NCBI GenBank assembly: GCA_023248025.1
Contig: JAHFFI010000001.1
Coordinates: forward strand, 1-42,715
Reading direction: 5' to 3'
DNA from: Candidatus Omnitrophota bacterium
Lineage (GTDB): Bacteria; Omnitrophota; Gorgyraeia; 2-02-FULL-51-18
DNA length: 42,715 bases
Of this stretch, positions 33,092-41,313 are shown in pieces; positions within the stretch are counted from its first letter, which is position 1; every line of letters begins with the position of its first letter. Made by a program: the position numbers and the translations under genes. A model generated the notes under the pieces. That model was not told the DNA's origin. It searched no databases and saw nothing but the letters and a program-made list of their open reading frames with translations.

Positions 33092-33325
33092 ATGAGCCCA
33101 AAACAGAATGCTCCGTACGTGATAGACGAGACACCGGGACGCAAAGCGTGGTGTTCATGCGGCGAGTCAGCCAAACAACCTTATTGCGACGGAAGTCATA
33201 AATCCAAAAATACGGGGAAAACCCCGGTCATTGTAGAGATCACTGAAGCTAAGAAAGTGGCCTGGTGCGGCTGCAAACGTTCCAAGAACGGCGCTTTTTG
33301 CGACGGATCGCACTCGAATCTCTAG
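33092..33325 (+). CDS. CDGSH iron-sulfur domain protein (two CDGSH motifs)
   Basis: CSCGESAKQPYCDGSH and CGCKRSKNGAFCDGSH. Confidence 0.88.
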   Translation: MSPKQNAPYVIDETPGRKAWCSCGESAKQPYCDGSHKSKNTGKTPVIVEITEAKKVAWCGCKRSKNGAFCDGSHSNL

Positions 33326-33334
33326 ATAGAATTA

Positions 33335-34513
33335 ATGGAAAAAACGATAGCCGCTGACAGGTTCCAGATCTTATTCGACCATGCGTCGGATGCTCATTTT
33401 ATTTTCATGGATAATGGAATCACGGATTGCAATGACGCCGCGGTGACGCTTCTCAAGTGCCGTTCAAAGTCCGAGGTCCTGGCGCGGCACCCCCGCATTT
33501 TTTCGCCCGAATACCAACCGGATGGCCGCCTTTCGCTGGAAAAATCAATGGAAATGGACGCAATCGCGCGTAAAAGGGGATGGCATCGTTTTGAATGGGT
33601 GCATCAAAAAGTAGACGGCGAGACGTTTCCGGTAGAGGTGACGCTCAACGTGGTCGAGATAGACGGAAAACAGGCGATGATCGCCGTATGGCATGACTTA
33701 ACGGGGATCAAGCAGACGGAACGACAATTAAAAGATCTGAATATCCGGATGAGGAATGAACTTGAAAGCGCCTCCGAGTTTCAGAGATCGCTTTTCCCGG
33801 CCGAAAGTCCCCGGTCTGAAAAATTTAGTTCAGCCTGGTTTTACAAACCTTGTGACGAGTTGGGCGGGGATAGTCTCAATATTATACAGATCGATCCCAC
33901 GCACGTAGCGCTTTATGTCCTCGATGTCACCGGTCACGGGGTAACGTCGGCTCTTTTGTCCGTCACCGCGACACATTTTTTGTCGGGGTATATCAAAAAT
34001 CATGATTACTGTCCTAAACAGCTGGTCGAATATATGAACAGGCATTTTTCTCGGGAGCCCTACGTGAATCACGCCTTTACGCTGGTTTACGGGGTTCTGG
34101 ACTTAGAGACGCTTGCATTCACGTACACGTCAGCGGGGCACATCGGTCCCATACGCGTAACGGCCGGTGCGAAAACAGAAGTTTTTGATGGGCACGGACC
34201 TCCCGTCGGATTATTTGCAGAGGCGGAGTATGACAGAAGCAGCATTCAACTGAAACCGGGTGACCGGCTGTTCCTGATTTCTGACGGAGTCTATGAAGTT
34301 CGCAGCAACGCGCAGGAGGATTTTGGAATAGACCGGACATGCCGTCATCTGGATAATGAAAGTATCAATGATTACTCGTTGGGCTACACCGTTAACAGTT
34401 TGGCGCGGCAGGTGTTCCATTGGTGTCTGCCGGAAAAACCAAATGACGATATATCCATAGTTGGGGTCGAGATACTTGACAAAACAGCTGAAGATATACA
34501 GCAAATAAAATAA
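33335..34513 (+). CDS. PAS domain + PP2C/SpoIIE-type serine phosphatase (RsbU-like)
   Basis: PAS FQILFDHASDAHFIF...WHDLTGIK. PP2C ELGGDSLNI, LDVTGHGVTSALLS, ISDGVYE. Confidence 0.85.
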   Translation: MEKTIAADRFQILFDHASDAHFIFMDNGITDCNDAAVTLLKCRSKSEVLARHPRIFSPEYQPDGRLSLEKSMEMDAIARKRGWHRFEWVHQKVDGETFPVEVTLNVVEIDGKQAMIAVWHDLTGIKQTERQLKDLNIRMRNELESASEFQRSLFPAESPRSEKFSSAWFYKPCDELGGDSLNIIQIDPTHVALYVLDVTGHGVTSALLSVTATHFLSGYIKNHDYCPKQLVEYMNRHFSREPYVNHAFTLVYGVLDLETLAFTYTSAGHIGPIRVTAGAKTEVFDGHGPPVGLFAEAEYDRSSIQLKPGDRLFLISDGVYEVRSNAQEDFGIDRTCRHLDNESINDYSLGYTVNSLARQVFHWCLPEKPNDDISIVGVEILDKTAEDIQQIK

Positions 34514-34524
34514 TAAGGAGCTCT

Positions 34525-35115
34525 ATGAAATTTTTTAGTCGTGTGGCCGCGATGGTGCTTGTGATGTTCCTTGGCGTAATGGGCGCTTCTTATGCCGGAA
34601 CGAGTCCTAAAACGGCGATCTATAAAGCCAATAAAGCGCTGGGCGTAGATCCCAACGACGCGAAAGCTTATTACAACCGTGGTACTGCCGAGCTCGAACT
34701 GGGTGATCTGGAAGCGGCCGTAGCGGACCTGACTAAAACAGTCTCTTTAGAGCCCAAAGCATCGGATGCGTATTTTAATCGCGGCTTGGCCAACCGGCTT
34801 ATGAAAAAAAATGCAGAAGCTGAAGCGGATTTTTCAAAAGCCATAGAACTTTATGCGGACAAATGGTCTTATTATTTCGAGCGATGCAATGTCAGAATAG
34901 TCGAAGGCCATTTTGACGGCGCCGTGGCGGATGGGTCGCAGATGATACGCATTGCGTCTGACGATGCGGAGAGTTATTTTATGAGAGGACTGGCGTATCA
35001 TCTGAAAGGTGACCACGATGCGGGACTTGTGGACGCGGAAAACGCGCTCAAGTTTCAGTCTTGGAACGCCCACGCTCTTCGTCTCAAGACGGAGATACTC
35101 GCTCTCAAGAAATAA
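34525..35115 (+). CDS. secreted TPR-repeat protein
   Basis: Signal peptide ...GASYAG. Repeats AKAYYNRGTAELELGDLEAAVADLTKTVSLEP and SDAYFNRGLANRL. Confidence 0.75.
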   Translation: MKFFSRVAAMVLVMFLGVMGASYAGTSPKTAIYKANKALGVDPNDAKAYYNRGTAELELGDLEAAVADLTKTVSLEPKASDAYFNRGLANRLMKKNAEAEADFSKAIELYADKWSYYFERCNVRIVEGHFDGAVADGSQMIRIASDDAESYFMRGLAYHLKGDHDAGLVDAENALKFQSWNAHALRLKTEILALKK

Positions 35116-35150
35116 GCCAGCGGGGCCCATACAACTAAAAGGAGAAAATC

Positions 35151-35321
35151 ATGCAGGCAATCATTGGTTTAGTCATACTTGTTTTAGACATCCTCGCTAT
35201 TTTACAGGTTGTGAAAAGCGCTCTGACAGGCGGAAAGAAACTACTCTGGATACTCGTGATTGTATTCATTCCCGTGATAGGGCTGGTCTTATATTATCTG
35301 CTCGGAAGAAAAGCGAGCTAA
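35151..35321 (+). CDS. PLD-nuclease N-terminal-domain-like small membrane protein (56 aa; below the ORF-track cutoff)
   Basis: AAGGAG RBS. MQAIIGLVILVLDILAILQVVKSALTGGKKLLWILVIVFIPVIGLVLYYLLGRKAS. Confidence 0.7.
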   Translation: MQAIIGLVILVLDILAILQVVKSALTGGKKLLWILVIVFIPVIGLVLYYLLGRKAS

Positions 35322-35459
35322 AAGGGATCATGACGCTCATCCCGGTAACATGGGAAATCCAGAACTCTGTGGCGCTGCTATCGCTTGCGGAGTGATCGAA
35401 CAGGCTTAGCGGGATAGGCAGAACTCAAGCGGGCGCCGATCTATCCGTTGAGGGCGTTG

Positions 35460-36485
35460 CTATTCGTTTTTCTTGATGCTGACGACTTCGGAGCGGCTGA
35501 CGAATACTTTTGACCCACGGTCTATTTCCAGCCAAAAACCCTGAGGCGTCTCATCGCTCATGGCACCCGTCATCGAGTGCTGGTTTTTAAGCAGTACCGT
35601 GTAGGCAACGGCAGGATGAAAACTTTTTTCCAGAGAAGAAAGATGGATGCCCGGCTTAGCTGCGATCGTCGGAGCTTCTCCGGCCGCGTCGGTTGGTGCC
35701 ATGGCCGGTTTGGGAAAAATAACGGCTATGGGTTTAAGACCCGGATGACTTTCCCGCATTTGAATCAGATTATTTTTCACGACTTCATTTCGAGGTTCAT
35801 TTTTTGCAGCCTCTTCATAAGCCCACAGCGCTTCGCCAAAACGACCCAACGCCTCGTAAACAATCCCAAGATTATTTAAAGCCTGAAATTCACCGGGTTT
35901 GTAAGATAGAATTTTCATATAGACGTCCCGTGCGTCATATAAGCGCTCCTTCGACTGCAACACGGCGCCCATGCTGAAGTGGGCATTGAGATAGTCGGGC
36001 TTGATCTCGATTGTTTTACGATAATAATCAAGCGCATCATTTAGACGCCCTTGTTCATGGTAGACGGTCCCGAGCCGATAATAAGCGTCCGGATATCGGG
36101 GATTTAGCGATATAGCCTTAAGATAAATTTCGGCGGCCTCGTTCTTTTTACCCTTCATTTGGTAAAGCAAGCCCAGTCCTGTGTATGCCTCAGGAGAATT
36201 TGGACGCACTTTATCGACGGCGTTCTTAAACTGCGGCAGCATGGCGGTGTCTGCATTCAGAAGCGCTTCCTGGGACATCCCGACAATCTTGGGGGTGTTG
36301 CCGCGGGATTCCGGTGATGACAATGCATCCGTCCGCGTGTTATTACCCAGTCCCGGTTGTTGAGCCAATACCGGATGAGACAGGTAACGGTAAAGAGGAA
36401 TGCCGTATGACAGTGCCAAAAAGAACACAAGAGCGAGCAGGATGAAATAAACAAAGCGTAAATGTTTCCAGCCCAAAAATTTCAT
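35460..36485 (-). CDS. membrane-anchored TPR-repeat protein (the only convincing minus-strand gene)
   Basis: N-terminal TM FVYFILLALVFFLAL. Repeats AEIYLKAISLNPRYPDAYYRLGTVYHEQGRLNDALDYYRKTIEIKPDY. Confidence 0.8.
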   Translation of the reverse strand: MKFLGWKHLRFVYFILLALVFFLALSYGIPLYRYLSHPVLAQQPGLGNNTRTDALSSPESRGNTPKIVGMSQEALLNADTAMLPQFKNAVDKVRPNSPEAYTGLGLLYQMKGKKNEAAEIYLKAISLNPRYPDAYYRLGTVYHEQGRLNDALDYYRKTIEIKPDYLNAHFSMGAVLQSKERLYDARDVYMKILSYKPGEFQALNNLGIVYEALGRFGEALWAYEEAAKNEPRNEVVKNNLIQMRESHPGLKPIAVIFPKPAMAPTDAAGEAPTIAAKPGIHLSSLEKSFHPAVAYTVLLKNQHSMTGAMSDETPQGFWLEIDRGSKVFVSRSEVVSIKKNE

Positions 36486-36557
36486 GAACCTATTTTACAT
36501 TAAGATAATTCAATGTATGCTAGCTTTTTTTAGGAGCGTAGCGGTAAAATATTCCTT

Positions 36558-38054
36558 ATGATGAGAGCCGTTTTAATTTCTGCCATCCCGGTATTGCATT
36601 TCCTCAATAAAAATTCTTATCCCGTTTATTTACCGGAAGCGTTTTTACTATGGGTTCTTATTTTTGCAGGGTTTTGGGCGGTGCAGAGGGTTTGCAGACA
36701 GGCGGGGATGTCTTGGATTTTTTATGGGTTGACGCTGGCGTTTTATTTAGATTTTTTTGTCGGGTCGGGGCGTCTGGCCTTGGCTGTCTTTTTGGCGGTG
36801 TGTTTACTTCGCGAGCGTGTCGCGAGAATATTTTTAACGGTTTCTTGGGCTGCGTTCGCTTTTGTGCTTATTTTGGGCTTCTTAAACCCAACTTTCCTTT
36901 ATTCATCCCGAGCGTCTTCCGAAGGGCAGGGCTCACCCGCGAAAAAACCTCATATTTTTGTATTCATTTTGGATGAGCACGGCGGGCTTGTGGACTATCC
37001 GGATATTGCAAAGGACTACGTTAATAAAGGTTTTCAGGTGTTTCCCAGGGCCTATTCGAATTATAACGCCGCTTGGGCTTCGATTGGCTCGCTTTTAAAT
37101 GCGAGCACAGAGGGCCGGCAGGTGCTCATGGAGAAGGTGGCGCTGAAACAAAATAGGCTGCTTGAAGGACTGTCGCGCGAGGGATACCCTGTGTACATTT
37201 ACCAGAATCCGCATGTGGATTTTTCCCAAACGCTGGGGTTTGCAGCAAAAAAAGTCTTCAAATACCAAGAAGATTCAGTGGGTTATCTCGCGGGACTGCC
37301 TGTTTCGTTACACGGGAAGGTCTGGGTACTTTTCAATAATTTTATTGAAAGTTCCAGAAGTAAAACGGCTATTAAAATTTTAAGACGTTTTCATAGACCC
37401 GAGAATCGTGGGCTCTATATGACCGGAGCCCTTGCGATCAGACGTATCCTACAAGAGATGGAGGCCGATACGGTGAAAGAAAAAAACGGCGGAATTTTCT
37501 TTGCGCACATTCACAATCCGCATTCTCATTATGTTTATAAAGCCAGCGGTGCACTTTTGGACCCACTCGCATGGGAGCCCTGTCACAGCGTTGCGCTGGA
37601 CAATGAGGGGACGCTGAACACGACAGAAAGCCGAATTCGTAAACACGCCCTCGCGGCGGGACAGATCGGGTATTTGCATAAGGTCATTGGAGATTTCATG
37701 GATAGACTAAACGCCCGTGGTTTGTACGAAGACAGCACCTTTGTATTTATCAGCAATTACGGTTCCCATATCTACCGCATTCACGCCAACGCGCGTAATC
37801 GCGATCGCCTAACGCTGGCAGAATACAAGGATGGCTATTCCGTGCTCTTAGCAATTAAAAACGGCGGTTACAATAAAGAATGGCCTGTGAATCAAGGGGG
37901 GACAGTACAGTCGATGACGCCCGCGAGCCTTGTTTTGGCGGATTATTTCCATTTCCCGCCTAAACGGAACGCCGAAAAAGAAGCACTTCACTCCATTTAT
38001 CTACCGACAGAAGATCCTTTTGAATGGGTTAAAAACAGCCCTCCTGAGTTTTAG
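36558..38054 (+). CDS. membrane protein with a sulfatase/alkaline-phosphatase-superfamily-like extracytoplasmic domain (tentative)
   Basis: Four N-terminal TM helices, then HIFVFILDEHGG and FAHIHNPHSHYVY. Confidence 0.5.
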   Translation: MMRAVLISAIPVLHFLNKNSYPVYLPEAFLLWVLIFAGFWAVQRVCRQAGMSWIFYGLTLAFYLDFFVGSGRLALAVFLAVCLLRERVARIFLTVSWAAFAFVLILGFLNPTFLYSSRASSEGQGSPAKKPHIFVFILDEHGGLVDYPDIAKDYVNKGFQVFPRAYSNYNAAWASIGSLLNASTEGRQVLMEKVALKQNRLLEGLSREGYPVYIYQNPHVDFSQTLGFAAKKVFKYQEDSVGYLAGLPVSLHGKVWVLFNNFIESSRSKTAIKILRRFHRPENRGLYMTGALAIRRILQEMEADTVKEKNGGIFFAHIHNPHSHYVYKASGALLDPLAWEPCHSVALDNEGTLNTTESRIRKHALAAGQIGYLHKVIGDFMDRLNARGLYEDSTFVFISNYGSHIYRIHANARNRDRLTLAEYKDGYSVLLAIKNGGYNKEWPVNQGGTVQSMTPASLVLADYFHFPPKRNAEKEALHSIYLPTEDPFEWVKNSPPEF

Positions 38055-38114
38055 GCCAGATCCTCACGCCCCGCCCTGGACTCTGGACTGGGTCGGAGGT
38101 ATGATATACCGATT

Positions 38115-38909
38115 ATGGAAAATAAAAATGGTGCGCAACCGCTTGATTCTTTGATGTCTCAACTGGGCATCAGCAACGCGGATATTGTGAGAGCATCCAC
38201 CGAACAGCTTACTTTTAAGATGGTGCAAAGAGGGCGCAAAGGCCGCCGATTGACGCCGAATATTCAGGATAAAATTCTGAAGGCCCTTTTGACTGTGAAG
38301 CCCGAACTAAAACTGGGCCGAAGGCATTTATTTCGGTACGAGCTGGAAGCGACCGTTGTTGAAGCGATTCGGAGCGCGTTATCTCTGGCTCAAGAACACA
38401 AGATCAAATATCCTCAGTTTGTTGACCTTCTTGCGAAAGCCGGCGTGACCCGCTACCTGGTTGAGATTGCGGCAGGCCGTATCACATTTTTTGGTATAGG
38501 CGGAGAGGCTTATATTGAGCAGGGTCCCGCGCTCGGCCAAGCTTCCATTGGAAAATATGACGAAGCTGCACTTCAGGCTGCCATTTCTGATTCCCAAAAG
38601 CAGATCATTGACCACTCGGACTTTTTAAAAAGAATTTATGGGGCCGGTATTTTTGAATACGAAGCGAATATTCGAAGTCTGACTATCGCATACAAAAGCG
38701 CCGGAGGGTCTTATAAAGAAAAGATACCGCCATTTGTTCCCGGGTTTGAGAAGATGACTCCCAATACGGTTGAGGAAGAAAAAGTTGCGAAGAAGACCGT
38801 GAAGCGTAAGAGTATTCAGAAAAAAAATAATGTCAAAAGGATTAAGAAGACCGGGAAATTTGTGGTGAAGCACAGGGTCAAAAAGCGCCGATTCATGAGA
38901 CGTAAATAA
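38115..38909 (+). CDS. DUF1398-like protein with an extremely basic C-terminal tail
   Basis: YPQFVDLLAKAGVTRYLVEIAAGRITFFGIGGEAYIE and HSDFLKRIYGAGIFEYEANIRSLTIAYKSAGGSY. Tail is KKTVKRKSIQKKNNVKRIKKTGKFVVKHRVKKRRFMRRK. Confidence 0.55.
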   Translation: MENKNGAQPLDSLMSQLGISNADIVRASTEQLTFKMVQRGRKGRRLTPNIQDKILKALLTVKPELKLGRRHLFRYELEATVVEAIRSALSLAQEHKIKYPQFVDLLAKAGVTRYLVEIAAGRITFFGIGGEAYIEQGPALGQASIGKYDEAALQAAISDSQKQIIDHSDFLKRIYGAGIFEYEANIRSLTIAYKSAGGSYKEKIPPFVPGFEKMTPNTVEEEKVAKKTVKRKSIQKKNNVKRIKKTGKFVVKHRVKKRRFMRRK

Positions 38910-38922
38910 AAAAGGCCAAACT

Positions 38923-39270
38923 ATGTTCGAGCAGAAAAACGAGAAATTAGTTCCGATGAGCGCGTTTATCAGAAGAATGGTTGTTCATATCGGTATTGTC
39001 GGCGCGCTGGTCTCGGGCGCGCTGTCCATCGGCGTCGCAGGTTATCACTGGCTGGCAGGCCTGAATTGGGTCGATTCGCTTCTCAATGCTTCCATGATCC
39101 TGGGAGGCATGGGACCGGTCGATACACTGACCAACGTGGCTGCAAAACTCTTCGCGTCTTTCTACGCGCTTTTCAGCGGCCTGCTATTCATCGCCGGCAT
39201 GAGCATTATTCTTGTTCCGGTCATTCATAGAATCCTGCACAAATTTCACATGGATGAGAATGACGTTTAA
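38923..39270 (+). CDS. minimal 2-TM pore-loop channel-like protein with a non-canonical filter
   Basis: TM1 IGIVGALVSGALSIGVAGY. Pore-helix-like NWVDSLLNASMIL. GGMGP sits where K+ channels have TVGYG. TM2 KLFASFYALFSGLLFIAGMSIIL. Confidence 0.5.
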   Translation: MFEQKNEKLVPMSAFIRRMVVHIGIVGALVSGALSIGVAGYHWLAGLNWVDSLLNASMILGGMGPVDTLTNVAAKLFASFYALFSGLLFIAGMSIILVPVIHRILHKFHMDENDV

Positions 39271-40021
39271 GACGGCGGTTTTGCGGGACAATTTTTATAT
39301 TGATACGCAGTATCGCATTATTCACGAAGACGAAGATCTGCTCATCATCGATAAGCCCGCACCCCTCGCGGTGCATCCCGTCGGCGCTTATTCTGAGCTT
39401 AATTTGCACACGCTCTTGAAGAACGACGCGAGATGGAAGGATGTTCCGATGAAGCTCGTGCATCGGCTGGATGCGGAAACAAGCGGAGTATTGGTCATCG
39501 CCAAAAATTATGATGCGGCGCGTTCTTTGGGTAAACAATTTCTAGCCGGCCAAGTGCAGAAAACCTATGAAGCCGTTATTTTTGGGCGTCCGGCGAACCC
39601 CCAGGGTGAAATGACCTATCCTTTGGGATACGACGCGACCTCCGGTTTCCAAACCATTCGCGTGTGGGACGCCAAAAAAGGCGAGAGGGCTCATACCCAT
39701 TACGAAGTGCTCAGCTCTAGCGGGAACTATTCACGAGTGAAGCTTACGCCTCTGACGGGAAGAACACATCAATTGCGCGTGCACTTGGCGCTTTTGGGAC
39801 ACCCGATCGTGGGAGACAAAATTTATGTGGATCTCAATATATTCTCAAAATATGTCATGGACGGTTTGGACGAAGAGATGATTTCGCGTCTTAAACTGCC
39901 GAGACTGGCGCTTCACGCCTCGGAGATCGTTTTTACGCATCCAAGATCCCGCGAACGGTCGCGTTTTTCGGCGCCCTTGCCAGCGCTTTTAAATGATTTC
40001 GTAAAAACCGAAGGACTGTGA
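39254..40021 (+). CDS. RluA-family pseudouridine synthase (start at 39254 or 39260)
   Basis: HRLDAETSGVLVIAKN, GRTHQLRVHLALLGHPIVGD. Confidence 0.88.
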   Translation: MRMTFKTAVLRDNFYIDTQYRIIHEDEDLLIIDKPAPLAVHPVGAYSELNLHTLLKNDARWKDVPMKLVHRLDAETSGVLVIAKNYDAARSLGKQFLAGQVQKTYEAVIFGRPANPQGEMTYPLGYDATSGFQTIRVWDAKKGERAHTHYEVLSSSGNYSRVKLTPLTGRTHQLRVHLALLGHPIVGDKIYVDLNIFSKYVMDGLDEEMISRLKLPRLALHASEIVFTHPRSRERSRFSAPLPALLNDFVKTEGL

Positions 40022-40791
40022 TGAATCTTTGGCAGGCGGCGGTGTTCGGTATTGTGGAAGGCGTGACAGAATTCTTGCCGATCTCGTCCACAGGACATCT
40101 TATGCTCACAGCCAAAGCGTTTGGCCTCGCTCAGACTGAATTCATGAAAAGTTTTGAGATCGCGATCCAAGTCGGAGCCATATTCGCGGTCATGGGCATC
40201 ACCGGCAAGCGGTTTTTTTTGCGACCACAGGTTTGGGGGAAGGTTTTTGCGGCATTCGTGCCGACAGCGATCATCGGGCTTGTTTTCTATAAACTCATCA
40301 AAGGCTTTTTTTTATCCAACGAACAAGTGGTGCTTTGGGCACTTTTTCTGGGAGGCATCCTGATCATTCTTTTTGAGCGCTTCCACCGTGAAAAAGAGGG
40401 CGGACCCGATGATATCGCAATGATCCCTTGGAAGACCTGCGTCCTGATAGGATTTTTTCAGGCAGCCGCGGTGGTCCCGGGTGTTTCCCGCGCAGCCGCC
40501 ACTATTCTCGGAGGTCTTTTTTTGGGGTTGCGCCGCAAGACCATCGTAGAATTTTCATTTCTCCTGGCGGTGCCCACGCTTTTGGCGGCCTCTGCACTGG
40601 ATCTTATGAAAACCGCGCATGGGTATGATCACGGCGAATGGGCTCTCTTAGGAGCGGGTTTTATCACTTCTTTAATTGCCGCGATGTTTGTCATTAAACT
40701 TTTTCTTTTCTATATACAAAAAAATAATTTTACCCTTTTTGGTGTTTACCGTATCGTGCTCAGTCTTATTTTTTGGGGTATTTGTTTTTAG
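40018..40791 (+). CDS. uppP: undecaprenyl-diphosphate phosphatase
   Basis: IVEGVTEFLPISSTGHLML, PGVSRAAATILGG. ATGA overlap with the upstream gene. Confidence 0.93.
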   Translation: MMNLWQAAVFGIVEGVTEFLPISSTGHLMLTAKAFGLAQTEFMKSFEIAIQVGAIFAVMGITGKRFFLRPQVWGKVFAAFVPTAIIGLVFYKLIKGFFLSNEQVVLWALFLGGILIILFERFHREKEGGPDDIAMIPWKTCVLIGFFQAAAVVPGVSRAAATILGGLFLGLRRKTIVEFSFLLAVPTLLAASALDLMKTAHGYDHGEWALLGAGFITSLIAAMFVIKLFLFYIQKNNFTLFGVYRIVLSLIFWGICF

Positions 40792-40819
40792 GCGGTTACA
40801 GGAGTTTCCATCAAAAAAT

Positions 40820-40848
40820 TTGACTTTGGACGGAAAACAGCGTATGAT
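40820..40848 (+). promoter_or_regulatory. near-consensus sigma70-type promoter TTGACT-17-TATGAT
   Basis: -35 at 40820-40825, 17-nt spacer, -10 at 40843-40848. About 170 nt upstream of the csp start. Confidence 0.5.
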
Positions 40849-40904
40849 TGCGGCGTAGTTCAGTAAAAGGTTGTTTTTGAAGACTTGCAAGAATAAGTGT
40901 TTCG

Positions 40905-40939
40905 AAACCGCGATTTTTTACTTGAATCGTGGTTTTTTT
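40905..40939 (+). terminator. terminator/attenuator-like hairpin with T7 tract inside the csp leader
   Basis: AAACCGCGATT-ttttacttg-AATCGTGGTTT followed by TTTT (one G-U pair). Confidence 0.5.
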
Positions 40940-40945
40940 ATTTTT

Positions 40946-40975
40946 TCCGCCCAAAGCGGATCCGCCAATGGCGGA
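40946..40975 (+). repeat. tandem TCCGC(C)/G(G)CGGA hairpins
   Basis: TCCGC-ccaaa-GCGGA and TCCGCC-aat-GGCGGA. The layout TTTTTCCGCC..GGATCCGCC..GGCGGA matches the element at 9308-9344. Confidence 0.65.
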
Positions 40976-41026
40976 GTAAGTACAAAGACAGAATTCAACA
41001 AGTAATAAGACAGATAGGATATGAAA

Positions 41027-41233
41027 ATGGCCAAAGGTACAGTGAAGTGGTTTAGCGACCAAAAAGGTTATGGATTCATTACTCCGGAAGACGGAAAGCG
41101 CGACGTGTTTGTGCATTTCTCCGCTCTCGAAGGCGAAGGATTCAAGACTCTTGCCGAAGGGCAAGTGGTCGAGTTTGAGACATCCATGGGTCCCAAGGGC
41201 GAACAAGCCTCAAAGGTCAGGAAGATCTCCTAA
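41027..41233 (+). CDS. cold-shock protein (CspA family)
   Basis: [18 protein letters not shown] (RNP1), DVFVHFS (RNP2). AGGA lies 7 nt before ATG 41027 (ORF track starts at 41021). Confidence 0.93.
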   Translation: MAKGTVKWFSDQKGYGFITPEDGKRDVFVHFSALEGEGFKTLAEGQVVEFETSMGPKGEQASKVRKIS

Positions 41234-41252
41234 ACCCGCCAGTCACAAAACT

Positions 41253-41287
41253 AAAGCCATAGCGGTTAATTCCGCTATGGCTTTTTT
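41253..41287 (+). terminator. rho-independent terminator
   Basis: AAAGCCATAGCGG-ttaatt-CCGCTATGGCTTT followed by TTTT. Confidence 0.85.
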
Positions 41288-41313
41288 GTTTTCATGCGGT
41301 ATACAATCAGAAT

